Positions 1-8,903 are shown, counted from the first letter of the stretch. The stretch: 40,867 nucleotides of DNA from Candidatus Kapaibacterium sp. (GCA_937936035.1 CALGXJ010000085.1:1-40867); one strand, 5' to 3'. Notes: generated by a model not told the origin, from the sequence alone. Translations and numbers: made by a program.

Positions 1-1125
1 TTTACAGATATAGCAAGCGAAATGCTATATCCGGTTCTTCCAATTTATTTAAAAACAATAGGCTTTTCAATATTATTCATAGGACTATTGGAAGGAATAG
101 CCGAAGCCACAGCTGGGCTTAGCAAAGGCTATTTCGGTAAACTATCGGACGTAACCGGAAAGAGAGTGCCGTTTGTTCGAATGGGATATGCTCTGAGTGC
201 AATATCAAAGCCAATGCTTGTAATGCTTGCACACCCGCTGTGGGTGCTTTTTTCGAGGACACTGGATAGATTTGGGAAGGGGCTTCGTACCGGCGCAAGA
301 GATGCTTTGCTTTCGGACGAAGCTACGCAAGAGACGAAAGGCAAAGTGTTTGGTTTCCACCGTTCTATGGATACATTGGGTGCAGTAATCGGTCCACTAT
401 TAGCATTGCTATATCTTTATTATTATCCACAAGACTACATAACGCTTTTCTATCTAGCATTTATCCCAGGAATGTTTGCAATACTTTTTACATTTTTTCT
501 GAAAGACAAGCAAAAGACAACTGGAAAAAAACAAGAAAGGACTGGATTTTTCTCATTTATTAAGTATTGGAAGGAAAGCCCGCAAACATACCGGCAAATA
601 GTAGTTGGATTGTTACTATTTACTTTGTTCAACAGCTCAGATGTGTTCCTACTGCTCAAAGCCAAGCAAGCCGGGCTCGACGACTCGATGGTTATTGGCA
701 CATATATTTTTTACAATCTGATATATGCAATATTTTCGTTACCACTTGGGATAATAGCCGACAAATTTGGTCTTAAAAGAATTTTTATCCTTGGATTAGT
801 GATTTTTTCTGTTGTTTATTTCGGCTTTGCATTGAACGAAAATTTATATGTATTTTATGGTTTGTTTTTCCTTTATGGGATATATGCCGCCGCAACGGAA
901 GGAATATCTAAGGCCTGGTTGTCGAACGTAACAGACAAAAAAGACACGGCAACAGCGATAGGTGCATATTCGGCATTTCAAAGTATTTGCACAATGCTTG
1001 CAAGCACAATAGCAGGATTATTATGGTATAAATTCGGCAGCTCTGCTACATTTTTTGCAACAGGAGGCGTTGCAATAATTGTAGCTGTATATTTTACTTT
1101 AATAATAAAGTCGAATGGTAAATAA
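1..1125 (+). CDS. MFS transporter (5'-truncated by window edge)
   Basis: The frame is open from base 1 (FTDIASEMLYPVLP...), so the start lies upstream of the window. It has many hydrophobic segments and MFS motif A twice (GKLSDVTGKR, GIIADKFGLKR). Confidence 0.9.
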   Translation, partial: FTDIASEMLYPVLPIYLKTIGFSILFIGLLEGIAEATAGLSKGYFGKLSDVTGKRVPFVRMGYALSAISKPMLVMLAHPLWVLFSRTLDRFGKGLRTGARDALLSDEATQETKGKVFGFHRSMDTLGAVIGPLLALLYLYYYPQDYITLFYLAFIPGMFAILFTFFLKDKQKTTGKKQERTGFFSFIKYWKESPQTYRQIVVGLLLFTLFNSSDVFLLLKAKQAGLDDSMVIGTYIFYNLIYAIFSLPLGIIADKFGLKRIFILGLVIFSVVYFGFALNENLYVFYGLFFLYGIYAAATEGISKAWLSNVTDKKDTATAIGAYSAFQSICTMLASTIAGLLWYKFGSSATFFATGGVAIIVAVYFTLIIKSNGK

Positions 1126-1158
1126 TAACCAACCCGACAAACTTTTTCTACTATTATC

Positions 1159-1189
1159 TTTGCTAATCATCAAAAAATCTTTATTTTTG
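1159..1189 (+). promoter_or_regulatory. Bacteroidota-type housekeeping promoter (TTTG-N19-TATTTTTG)
   Basis: TTTG at 1159-1162 and TATTTTTG at 1182-1189 match the known -33/-7 consensus TTTG-N19-21-TAnnTTTG, upstream of the kinase gene. Confidence 0.6.
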
Positions 1190-1218
1190 CTTAATTGCAT
1201 AAAACTTTTGGATTTACT

Positions 1219-2211
1219 ATGAAAGATATTCAACTATTTGGATTAGGGAATGGTCTTGTTGATATTCAGTACGAAGTCGAGGAAACCGAGCTTGCGGAAT
1301 TAGGTCTAAAGAAAGGCGAGATGCGACTTGTCGAAAGCGAAAAGCAACGTGGATTGCTCGAAAAATATTCTCATCGAAAATTCAACAGGTGTAGCGGTGG
1401 GGCAGCGGCAAATACAATTATTTGTTTTTCGCAGCTTGGAGGCAAAGCAGCATACTCAACTGTGTTAGGAAAAGACGAATTCGGGCAATTCTATGCTAAC
1501 GAATTTATTGAATTAGGCATAGAACTGAAAGCTGAAATGCTCGACAACTATCCCACGGGAACTTGCTTTGTGTTTATCACACCTGACAGCGAACGCACTA
1601 TGCATACTTCGCTCGGAGCTACAGCATTTTTTGGCAAGCATAATATTGACGAAACAATAATATCTCGCTCGCAATGGATTTATGCCGAAGGATATAAATT
1701 CACTGCACAAAGTAGCACCGAAGCACTGTTCTATTCCGTAGAATTAGCAAAAAAGCACGGGACAAAGGTGTCGCTTACTTTCTCTGATGTATTCATTATA
1801 GATAGTTTTCGAGAAAATTTGCAAAAAGTAGTAAATCAATCCGACCTTATTTTCTGCAACGAAAACGAGGCGATTTGCTACACAGGCAAGCAAAATGTAG
1901 AAGATGCAGTTGAAGCATTAAGCCGTGAATGTCCAAATGTTGTTGTTACTCTTGGCGGGAACGGTTCCATTGTAAAATGGGAAGGAAATATTTACAGGAT
2001 ACCGTCCTATCCGGCTCGTCCGGTCGATACCACAGGAGCAGGAGATTGCTTTGCTGGTGGCTTTATGTATGGAATTATCACAACTGGTAATCCCGTCATT
2101 GCCGGGCATATTGCGTCGGCTGTCGGAGCACGTGTTGTTTCGCAAATGGGAGCCAGAATTTCTGGCGATATTAAAGAACTTCGTGATGAAATATTGTCGA
2201 AAGTAAAATGA
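1219..2211 (+). CDS. PfkB/ribokinase-family kinase (adenosine kinase-like)
   Basis: Motifs GLGNGLVD, GGAAANT, ERTMHTSLGA and the C-terminal PfkB signature DTTGAGDCFAGG. ATG 1219 is preferred over TTG 1195 because of the promoter position. Confidence 0.88.
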   Translation: MKDIQLFGLGNGLVDIQYEVEETELAELGLKKGEMRLVESEKQRGLLEKYSHRKFNRCSGGAAANTIICFSQLGGKAAYSTVLGKDEFGQFYANEFIELGIELKAEMLDNYPTGTCFVFITPDSERTMHTSLGATAFFGKHNIDETIISRSQWIYAEGYKFTAQSSTEALFYSVELAKKHGTKVSLTFSDVFIIDSFRENLQKVVNQSDLIFCNENEAICYTGKQNVEDAVEALSRECPNVVVTLGGNGSIVKWEGNIYRIPSYPARPVDTTGAGDCFAGGFMYGIITTGNPVIAGHIASAVGARVVSQMGARISGDIKELRDEILSKVK

Positions 2212-3536
2212 GAAAATTGATTTGCCTCATATTATTTTTCTTTGTCATTAGTGAATTTGCATATTCACAGAATGGAATACGTTTCCCTGAACTATCCCGA
2301 CGATTAGAAAATTATTTCAACAAAGAAATGATTCAAGACTTGCAGAGTGAATTCCCGCAGGGAAGCGATTATACAATCTGGGGATGGGATGTAGGCGACT
2401 TTTCGGGTGATGGGGTGCCTGATGCGGCTTTCTCTGTGAGGATTGCCGGACAACGTGGGCGAATTATGCAAGTGTATTTGTTTGTAGATATAGATGGATA
2501 TTTTGTCAAAGCCGGACAATTTGCTTATGAATTTGTGGAGCTTCCGCTTGAAATTGGAGTTGTAATTAGGGACAATGCCTGCTATGTTACTCAGAAACAC
2601 AAGCAGTTCAATTGGCTTATACGAGGATACCGCTTTGATAATGGTGCTTTAATTATGTTGGACGAATTTCTAACAGAAAGAATTGGTGAGTACACATATG
2701 AATCTTATAAAAACTATCAGAATTTGTATAATACGGATAAATTCATTGAAACAAATACAGGCAAAACGCGATTTTTTGCAGAATATACAACTATTCCGTC
2801 TTATAGAAGAGGACGTCAGGTATACAAAGGCTATAGCTCGGAAGTATATGTTGATAATATAAATTTCGTTCCGAAAGGTGCCTTTTGGTGGGGCGGCAGT
2901 GAAGATTTGTCGTTTTCAGTAAGTTCAGCGTGGGATGAATCATATTTATATATGACGGTTAAAGTGAAAGATGATAGGATTGTTCCCCAAAATTGCGATA
3001 CCTGCATTTGCGATTATGTAGAAGTTTGGTTCAACGTTAATACCGATGGAAGCAATCGTTTTGCAAATCTGAAAGGGAATAAAGTAACGTTCAAAGAAAG
3101 CATCGAAGGTGGAATATACAATATCAAAATATTTCCTGGTAACTTTTTGGATAGAACTGCCTCGGTAAAGGTAAGTACGACAGATGAATTGGAACCATAC
3201 CAGAAAATTGCAGCACACGATATTATGGCAATATCTGACATTCAGGATACTGTGTATGTAGTCCGTTTCAAAGTGCCATTTGCATTTTTCGGAATACAGG
3301 GCAATCCGGTTGAAACAGGAAAGTTAATCGAATTTGGTTGCACAGTATCTGTGCACGATTACGATAATGAATTTCGTCCGGAGGAATATACACGCAAAAA
3401 CAGTTCTGTATTTGACCCGCAAAATCCCTCTACATACGGCTCAATTGTGCTTGTCCCCGACGATAAATGGTATGGCTCATCGAAAAACATTTTTTTAGAG
3501 GACATACTTAAAACGCTCGTGGAGTATGGCTTCTAA
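2208..3536 (+). CDS. Secreted hypothetical protein with Ca-binding-like loop and C-terminal CBM9/DOMON-like domain
   Basis: Signal peptide MRKLICLILFFFVISEFAYS; GDFSGDGVPD loop; AWDESYLYMTVKVKDD...DYVEVWF...VRFKVPF...VHDYD pattern typical of CBM9-like domains. ATGA overlap with the kinase stop. Confidence 0.6.
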   Translation: MRKLICLILFFFVISEFAYSQNGIRFPELSRRLENYFNKEMIQDLQSEFPQGSDYTIWGWDVGDFSGDGVPDAAFSVRIAGQRGRIMQVYLFVDIDGYFVKAGQFAYEFVELPLEIGVVIRDNACYVTQKHKQFNWLIRGYRFDNGALIMLDEFLTERIGEYTYESYKNYQNLYNTDKFIETNTGKTRFFAEYTTIPSYRRGRQVYKGYSSEVYVDNINFVPKGAFWWGGSEDLSFSVSSAWDESYLYMTVKVKDDRIVPQNCDTCICDYVEVWFNVNTDGSNRFANLKGNKVTFKESIEGGIYNIKIFPGNFLDRTASVKVSTTDELEPYQKIAAHDIMAISDIQDTVYVVRFKVPFAFFGIQGNPVETGKLIEFGCTVSVHDYDNEFRPEEYTRKNSSVFDPQNPSTYGSIVLVPDDKWYGSSKNIFLEDILKTLVEYGF

Positions 3537-3759
3537 AAGCAAACAAAAAGTCAAGGACGCACTTTTCCGCTCCATAAGAGAGATGGCTCCGCTTATGAAT
3601 TTAGGGATGCAGATGGCAATTCCAGTTGTATTATTTACATTGCTTGGATGGTGGATAGATAAAAAATATAGCTCTTCTCCTCTTTTTATATTATTGTTTG
3701 CAGCAATTGGAGTATTTGCTGCATTTTATTATTTTTTCAAAGCAATTAAGAGAAAATGA
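3526..3759 (+). CDS. AtpZ/AtpI-family (ATPase gene 1) small membrane protein
   Basis: 77 aa with two TM helices and the LGMQMAIPVVLFTLLGWWIDKKYSSSPLFILL pattern (G-x-x-[LI]-D...P) characteristic of this family. Confidence 0.75.
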   Translation: MASKSKQKVKDALFRSIREMAPLMNLGMQMAIPVVLFTLLGWWIDKKYSSSPLFILLFAAIGVFAAFYYFFKAIKRK

Positions 3760-4340
3760 GTGAAGGATATATCAAATACAATACAATTTGCATAGGGAAC
3801 GAATATCCCGATGCAATTAATATAGTTGATTTGCAAGTATTGAGAAATGAATTAAAAATAAAAAACTTAATCGGAATGCTTCCGGGTGGGATTGGGTATG
3901 GCAACGTAAGCAAGAAATGGAACGATAAGTTCATCGTTAGCGGCTCGCAAACTGGTGGCGAAGCAATTCTCAGTTGTAGTGATTATTCAATTATTCACGA
4001 TTACGATATTTTGCAGAATACATTAGTTTATAGTGGGTTAAGACAACCTTCGTCTGAAACTATTACTCACATAGCAATTTATGAAGCACAACCTAATACA
4101 AAGTTTGTTGCTCACCTGCATAATAAAAGAATTTGGGAAAAATTAATCAAAGATGGAGCTAAAACTAATGGCGTTTCTGAGTATGGCACAGTGGGAATTG
4201 CGCTTGAAGCAAAAGATTATGTTTCAGGTTTTCCTTACGACGAAGGAATTTTTGCATTAAGTGGGCACGAAGATGGTGTAATTGCTTTTTCGAATGAACT
4301 TAAATCAATTATTGTTCTGATTAATAAACATATTAAGTAG
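3756..4340 (+). CDS. Class II aldolase/adducin-family protein
   Basis: GNVS, PSSETITHIAIYE, HLH and GHEDG metal-binding motifs. ATGA overlap with the upstream gene. Confidence 0.85.
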   Translation: MSEGYIKYNTICIGNEYPDAINIVDLQVLRNELKIKNLIGMLPGGIGYGNVSKKWNDKFIVSGSQTGGEAILSCSDYSIIHDYDILQNTLVYSGLRQPSSETITHIAIYEAQPNTKFVAHLHNKRIWEKLIKDGAKTNGVSEYGTVGIALEAKDYVSGFPYDEGIFALSGHEDGVIAFSNELKSIIVLINKHIK

Positions 4341-6416
4341 TTTCTGCACATCAATTATCATTACTGGCTTGTTGTTGTAAACTGACGATGCAGCAATAAA
4401 TGGAGTATCACTGAGAAGTTTGTTAGGTGGCGAAGGCACAAGTTCCGCTTCCCCGATAAATTTATCGAAAATCAAAGCGAAATTGCTATTAACGTCGTTT
4501 ACCAACAGAACAGGTTTATTCTTTGCAATATATTCGGCTTCAATATTTAAGACTTTTCGAATGTCAATAGAGTTGGTGTTTGGGAACTGCTCGCGAAAAG
4601 TCTTTTCGTCTATAAGAGCCTCGCAATTTAGAATTTGGACTGCATAGAGATTGCCATCGACATCAAAAACGAGAGATTTCAGCAAAACATAGTTCATATT
4701 GAATGAAATAGTAAGTTTGGTGCCGGAATCTGGTTTAGAACTAATATCAATTCTACCGTTGTTATTGCTAATCAAATTGATAAGCCCTTCCAAGCGACTC
4801 GCGATAGTAGTTGCATTTTCACCTTTGCCATCATCAACAATTTCAATAAAGAGCTTACCGCCCAAAGTGCGGGCAGAAATAGAAATCTCAGCCATTTCCG
4901 ACTTCTTTTTCCGCAAATTGGGAGGTTCGATGTTGTTCAAAATAATATCGCGAAGCAACTGCGGAAGCAATATTTCAAGCAAAGTATGCAATTCAGCACC
5001 AACTCGAACAAATCGACCTGCAATTTTAAGGCTTACTTTCTTGTTTGAATAATTTGCCAAATCATTTGCAAGCTCATTGTAGCCACGGACTATATCACCA
5101 AAAGCAATTGAACGGAAATTGTAAAGACCGTTATAAATAGTATTAATTCTGTTTTTTATGTTTTGCAGATGTTCATCAGCCGAAGAAGAGAATAGATCTA
5201 ATTGAGAAATAAGATCATCAAGTTTCTTTGAATTGTTTATTGCAATTTCAGTAAGCGTTTCGGTATTTGTGATATTATACAAGATGTTATTATTATCGAG
5301 TAGTATCTGTCGGATAAGCGATTTCAAAGATTTCAGGTTTCCGATAGAATTGGCCATTGGAGCTAGGTTGGAAATAATACCGACAGTAGCATCGAGCAAT
5401 CTGTTATACTTAGAATAATCATTGAATTGAGAAGATTTGTAACCAAAATAATAGAGTTTATCGTCCGAAGCAATTTCAGTTGTATCACTACCAGAGATTA
5501 CAATCGGAAGAATTTCGTCACTTGATAACTTAGCCGAAGGCGTTGGTTGCAATTGTTCCTGGTCTGTCAGAAATGAACGCAGAAAATCAGAATAGGTATC
5601 GATATAGTCGCTATAGTCTTTGATTTTGTCGATGATTGCGATGGCACTTGTAGCCGCAATTTCTTTGAACAATCGATTACAGCTCAATAATAAATCCATC
5701 TGATACGGATTAATTGGAAGATTATGATCGGCAAGGAAACGAATGAAGTCGCTCAATGCATCAGCAAGGTCGAATGCTTTGGAAACTCCAGCACTTATTG
5801 CTGCTCCCTTGATTGCATTCAATGCTTGCGAAATTGGGACCACATCTATTGTTGCATTTTGCGTTTCAGACTGCTCCAGTACGTGTTCGATTGTACTGAC
5901 AGAACGCACTATCGCATACTTGAATTTCTCGAGCAATATTCCTTTGCTTTGCTGCTCGTTGGAAGATGTTTTGGATTTGGCTCTGGTTGGCTGCACTTTT
6001 TTTATTCTATGAGGTGCAGCAATCGATTGCAATTCGCTCGTAATCTCATTGATAATTGCAAATTCGGAATTAAGCAATTCCAGAATTTCAAACGAGGAAA
6101 ACTGAATGATTGAATAATAGAAATCGTTTGCACGCAAGACAACATCGATATCGTTCGGAAACAAATCTAACCGTTTTTCTTTTGCAAGAGATACAATTTT
6201 GAGCATTGCATCAGCAATAAGAACAGCATTATCAACAGACAATTTCTTTGCCGACAGTCTGATTTGATTGATTGAATTAGCCGCATTTGCTAAAAGTTCC
6301 GATATTTGATATTTTTCGTAATCAAGCAAACAGGTTTCTATAATATCGCAATGGTGACGGCATGTTTCCCTGAAATATTCAATATGTTGCTCAATATTAC
6401 TCAAATTCAAGTTCAT
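4305..6416 (-). CDS. Degenerate CheA/WspE-like protein (Hpt-Hpt-dimerisation-HATPase-CheW), predicted catalytically inactive
   Basis: Two Hpt-like repeats (SINQIRLSA, ALNAIKGAA); FGDIVRGYNELANDLA..KKVSLKIAG; LLRDIILNNIEPP (N-box position); EIVDDGKG (G1); GRIDISSKPDSGTKLTI; C-terminal CheW-like segment (FIGEAELV...PVMIIDV). Confidence 0.8.
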   Translation of the reverse strand: MNLNLSNIEQHIEYFRETCRHHCDIIETCLLDYEKYQISELLANAANSINQIRLSAKKLSVDNAVLIADAMLKIVSLAKEKRLDLFPNDIDVVLRANDFYYSIIQFSSFEILELLNSEFAIINEITSELQSIAAPHRIKKVQPTRAKSKTSSNEQQSKGILLEKFKYAIVRSVSTIEHVLEQSETQNATIDVVPISQALNAIKGAAISAGVSKAFDLADALSDFIRFLADHNLPINPYQMDLLLSCNRLFKEIAATSAIAIIDKIKDYSDYIDTYSDFLRSFLTDQEQLQPTPSAKLSSDEILPIVISGSDTTEIASDDKLYYFGYKSSQFNDYSKYNRLLDATVGIISNLAPMANSIGNLKSLKSLIRQILLDNNNILYNITNTETLTEIAINNSKKLDDLISQLDLFSSSADEHLQNIKNRINTIYNGLYNFRSIAFGDIVRGYNELANDLANYSNKKVSLKIAGRFVRVGAELHTLLEILLPQLLRDIILNNIEPPNLRKKKSEMAEISISARTLGGKLFIEIVDDGKGENATTIASRLEGLINLISNNNGRIDISSKPDSGTKLTISFNMNYVLLKSLVFDVDGNLYAVQILNCEALIDEKTFREQFPNTNSIDIRKVLNIEAEYIAKNKPVLLVNDVNSNFALIFDKFIGEAELVPSPPNKLLSDTPFIAASSVYNNKPVMIIDVQKLLNMFINQNNN

Positions 6417-6915
6417 TCATTAATTCAAATATCATTTCAATGTTTAGAAAATAATAATCTCTTTGCTGAATTTTAATCTTGCTATACAACGAACTATCTG
6501 TAGCTGAAAACGTATTATGATCGAGCGGGAAACGCACAAAATCAACTTCTATACCAAATCGGGATGTCCCGTCATTAAAAATAAGAGTGCAAAATGGTTG
6601 GGTGCTTGCTTGAAAATCACCCAATTGCTTTAAATCAACTATCGGCAAGATAGTCCCTTCGTAGGCAATAAGTCCGGAAATCCATTTGGGGAAATTTTGG
6701 TTGGTGTATTTTTCTCTGTTCGGGATTGCTATCTCAATAAACTTGCTATTAGCAACAAAGTTTATGTTTCCTATTTTGAAAGGCAATAAAGATACTTTTG
6801 TGTTTAAATTGGTTAAATGCGTCTCTTCAATAATATGATTTGAAGATAGTTTATACTTGAAAAAATCATTATCAGTAAATCTACGTTTATAATATTTAAT
6901 TTTACGGACAGCCAC
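6397..6915 (-). CDS. CheW-like adaptor (WspB/WspD-like), divergent
   Basis: PKWISGLIAYEGTILPIVDL and FGIEVD resemble the CheW core. It lies between the MCP-like and CheA-like genes, and its GTG start overlaps the MCP stop. Confidence 0.75.
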   Translation of the reverse strand: MAVRKIKYYKRRFTDNDFFKYKLSSNHIIEETHLTNLNTKVSLLPFKIGNINFVANSKFIEIAIPNREKYTNQNFPKWISGLIAYEGTILPIVDLKQLGDFQASTQPFCTLIFNDGTSRFGIEVDFVRFPLDHNTFSATDSSLYSKIKIQQRDYYFLNIEMIFELMNELEFE

Positions 6916-8903
6916 TATATTTTCTCAGAAACATCAATTAAATCTTCAATAATACCATCAAGTTTTGATAAATCGCTTCTAGCGTTTTCAGTATTTTTGA
7001 GAATAGTGCGAAAATCATCTACCACAGAATCGAACTTATTGGAAATATAAGCAAGACGCTCGTTGAATTTGGAGTATTCAAGCAACATTTTGGCTAAATC
7101 AGATTGGGTTGGGGTATTTTCCAGAACAATTTCAATAGTTTCAAGGTCGTTGCTACAAGCATAAATTGCGTTGCGTGCTTCGGTAGCAAGATAATAGATC
7201 TGATCCAGCGAATTAAGAAGATTTTCGGAAATTTTCTTAATTTCGTTCGATAATAATTCCATTTTGTTTGAACTTACTTTTTCAGCAAAAATTGAAGAAT
7301 TAACAGCAACAAGGTAAGTATGGTCTGATATTTTCTTTAGATTGTTTAATTCTGTGAATAATTTATCAAGTTTGTCGGAAAGAAGTTTGGCTTTGCTCTG
7401 AATAGTAATTGCTTTTTGTTTGACTTTTTCTCTTGCCGAATTATTGTCGAATTTAGAAGCAATATCGGCTGGGGTCTCCCATCGGGCAAGTTCGTTGGCG
7501 GTGGTAGCAAGTTGAGTGATTTTAACAGTCAGGCTGGTAATGTATTCTATCGAGGTATCGAAGGCAAGCGAGGCATTTGTCTTCAGTTGTCCAATTTTAT
7601 CGGCAACGTCAAGCAGGCGATTAATTTTAATTTCAATAAAATCCTGCAAATCAGATTTATCTTGTTGCAAATCGTAAATAGTTTTATTAATTCTATTTAG
7701 CGACTTAATAAGCTCATCGTTTGTGATTTGACCTTTGAATGATTTCTCGATAATCTCGTTTTCAAATTCACGGCTTTTGCCTGTGGCAACGTAGTCAAGG
7801 AATTTGATTAGTTCCCGCTCTTTTTCTTTCAATTTGAGAGCAAAATTGTCCGATGCTCTCACAGAATAAAAAACAAGCAACGCAATCACAAGAATTGCAA
7901 CAGCGAGAACCATTTTCAGACCATTTGCCCGTAATCCGGACGGCATAATTTTGGGCTGCTGCGGGAACTCTGACAAAATCAGCAAGTTCAATTTGCCTGA
8001 ATATACGGCTGAACGTCCCCAGTCATAGCTGCAAGTCTGAAAATCAATGTTACTAAGTTGCAAGCTATCAGCCCAGGCTAATGTGCTTTTGCGAGGCGAA
8101 TCCCCAAACGAAAGAAGAACATTTTTTGTGAATGCATCATAATAAGTGATATTGTAATTTATCTTGGAAATGTTGAAATCGATAAAGCCTGAAAGTTTGT
8201 TGAGAATGCCCATCATACCAAGAATTTTGCCTTGACGGTTGATTATCCGGCGGAATGTAACGGAATAAATATTATCGTTAATATTTTGCAAGATAGTGAA
8301 GCTCTGACCTTTGAATATTTTTTCGATAAGTAGAGCAGCTGAACGATTTTTTTTCGGACTAATCAAATTCAGATTGAAATTATCAGGGAGATTGTAGAAA
8401 GTGTGGTTTACAAGGAACATATCGCCGTCTTCGCTTATTCGTTGAAAGATAAGAAAATCTTTACCGGAAACAGATTTCAATGATTGGAGGAAAGGATGTA
8501 TTCTGTTTTTTTCGTTTCTGCTAAGATTAATATTGCCAAAGTACATAGATGGAATACTTTCGTAATACATTTTATCAAATGGAATATCTGGAACAAGTCG
8601 CCATCCGGCGCCTAATTTTAAATTTTCGTCTATTGCATAAGCAGTTTTTTCGAAATTGACAGAAACATTTTGTTCTATATATTTGCAAAGCAATTCAGCT
8701 GTTTTGTCGATTTGTTTCGATACTGCTGTCTGCTCAGAACTTTGATTGTCCGGTAAATTGCTCGAAAGGGCATAAATCCCGATTGCAACAATAATCCCGA
8801 AAAGAAATACGCCCAAAAAATTTGCTTTAAAAAGCGTTCGCAGAAAGTATTTTTTTTCGTCGAAATTCAATTTAATTTCGCTCCCTATATTATCAACAAA
8901 CAA
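6915..8903 (-). CDS. Methyl-accepting chemotaxis protein-like receptor (Cache-type sensor, degenerate signalling tip)
   Basis: Two TM helices flank a periplasmic region containing IFQRISEDGDM (Cache_3-Cache_2-like). The cytoplasmic coiled coil contains ISDHTYLVAVNSSIFAEK (cf. [18 protein letters not shown]). The start is uncertain (TTG 8903, or TTG 8870 after GGGAG). Confidence 0.75.
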   Translation of the reverse strand: MFVDNIGSEIKLNFDEKKYFLRTLFKANFLGVFLFGIIVAIGIYALSSNLPDNQSSEQTAVSKQIDKTAELLCKYIEQNVSVNFEKTAYAIDENLKLGAGWRLVPDIPFDKMYYESIPSMYFGNINLSRNEKNRIHPFLQSLKSVSGKDFLIFQRISEDGDMFLVNHTFYNLPDNFNLNLISPKKNRSAALLIEKIFKGQSFTILQNINDNIYSVTFRRIINRQGKILGMMGILNKLSGFIDFNISKINYNITYYDAFTKNVLLSFGDSPRKSTLAWADSLQLSNIDFQTCSYDWGRSAVYSGKLNLLILSEFPQQPKIMPSGLRANGLKMVLAVAILVIALLVFYSVRASDNFALKLKEKERELIKFLDYVATGKSREFENEIIEKSFKGQITNDELIKSLNRINKTIYDLQQDKSDLQDFIEIKINRLLDVADKIGQLKTNASLAFDTSIEYITSLTVKITQLATTANELARWETPADIASKFDNNSAREKVKQKAITIQSKAKLLSDKLDKLFTELNNLKKISDHTYLVAVNSSIFAEKVSSNKMELLSNEIKKISENLLNSLDQIYYLATEARNAIYACSNDLETIEIVLENTPTQSDLAKMLLEYSKFNERLAYISNKFDSVVDDFRTILKNTENARSDLSKLDGIIEDLIDVSEKI

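Noticed and set aside
4305-8903. Labelling the chemosensory-like genes as pseudogenes
   Set aside because: There are no internal stops or frameshifts and the gene coupling is preserved, so they are kept as CDSs.
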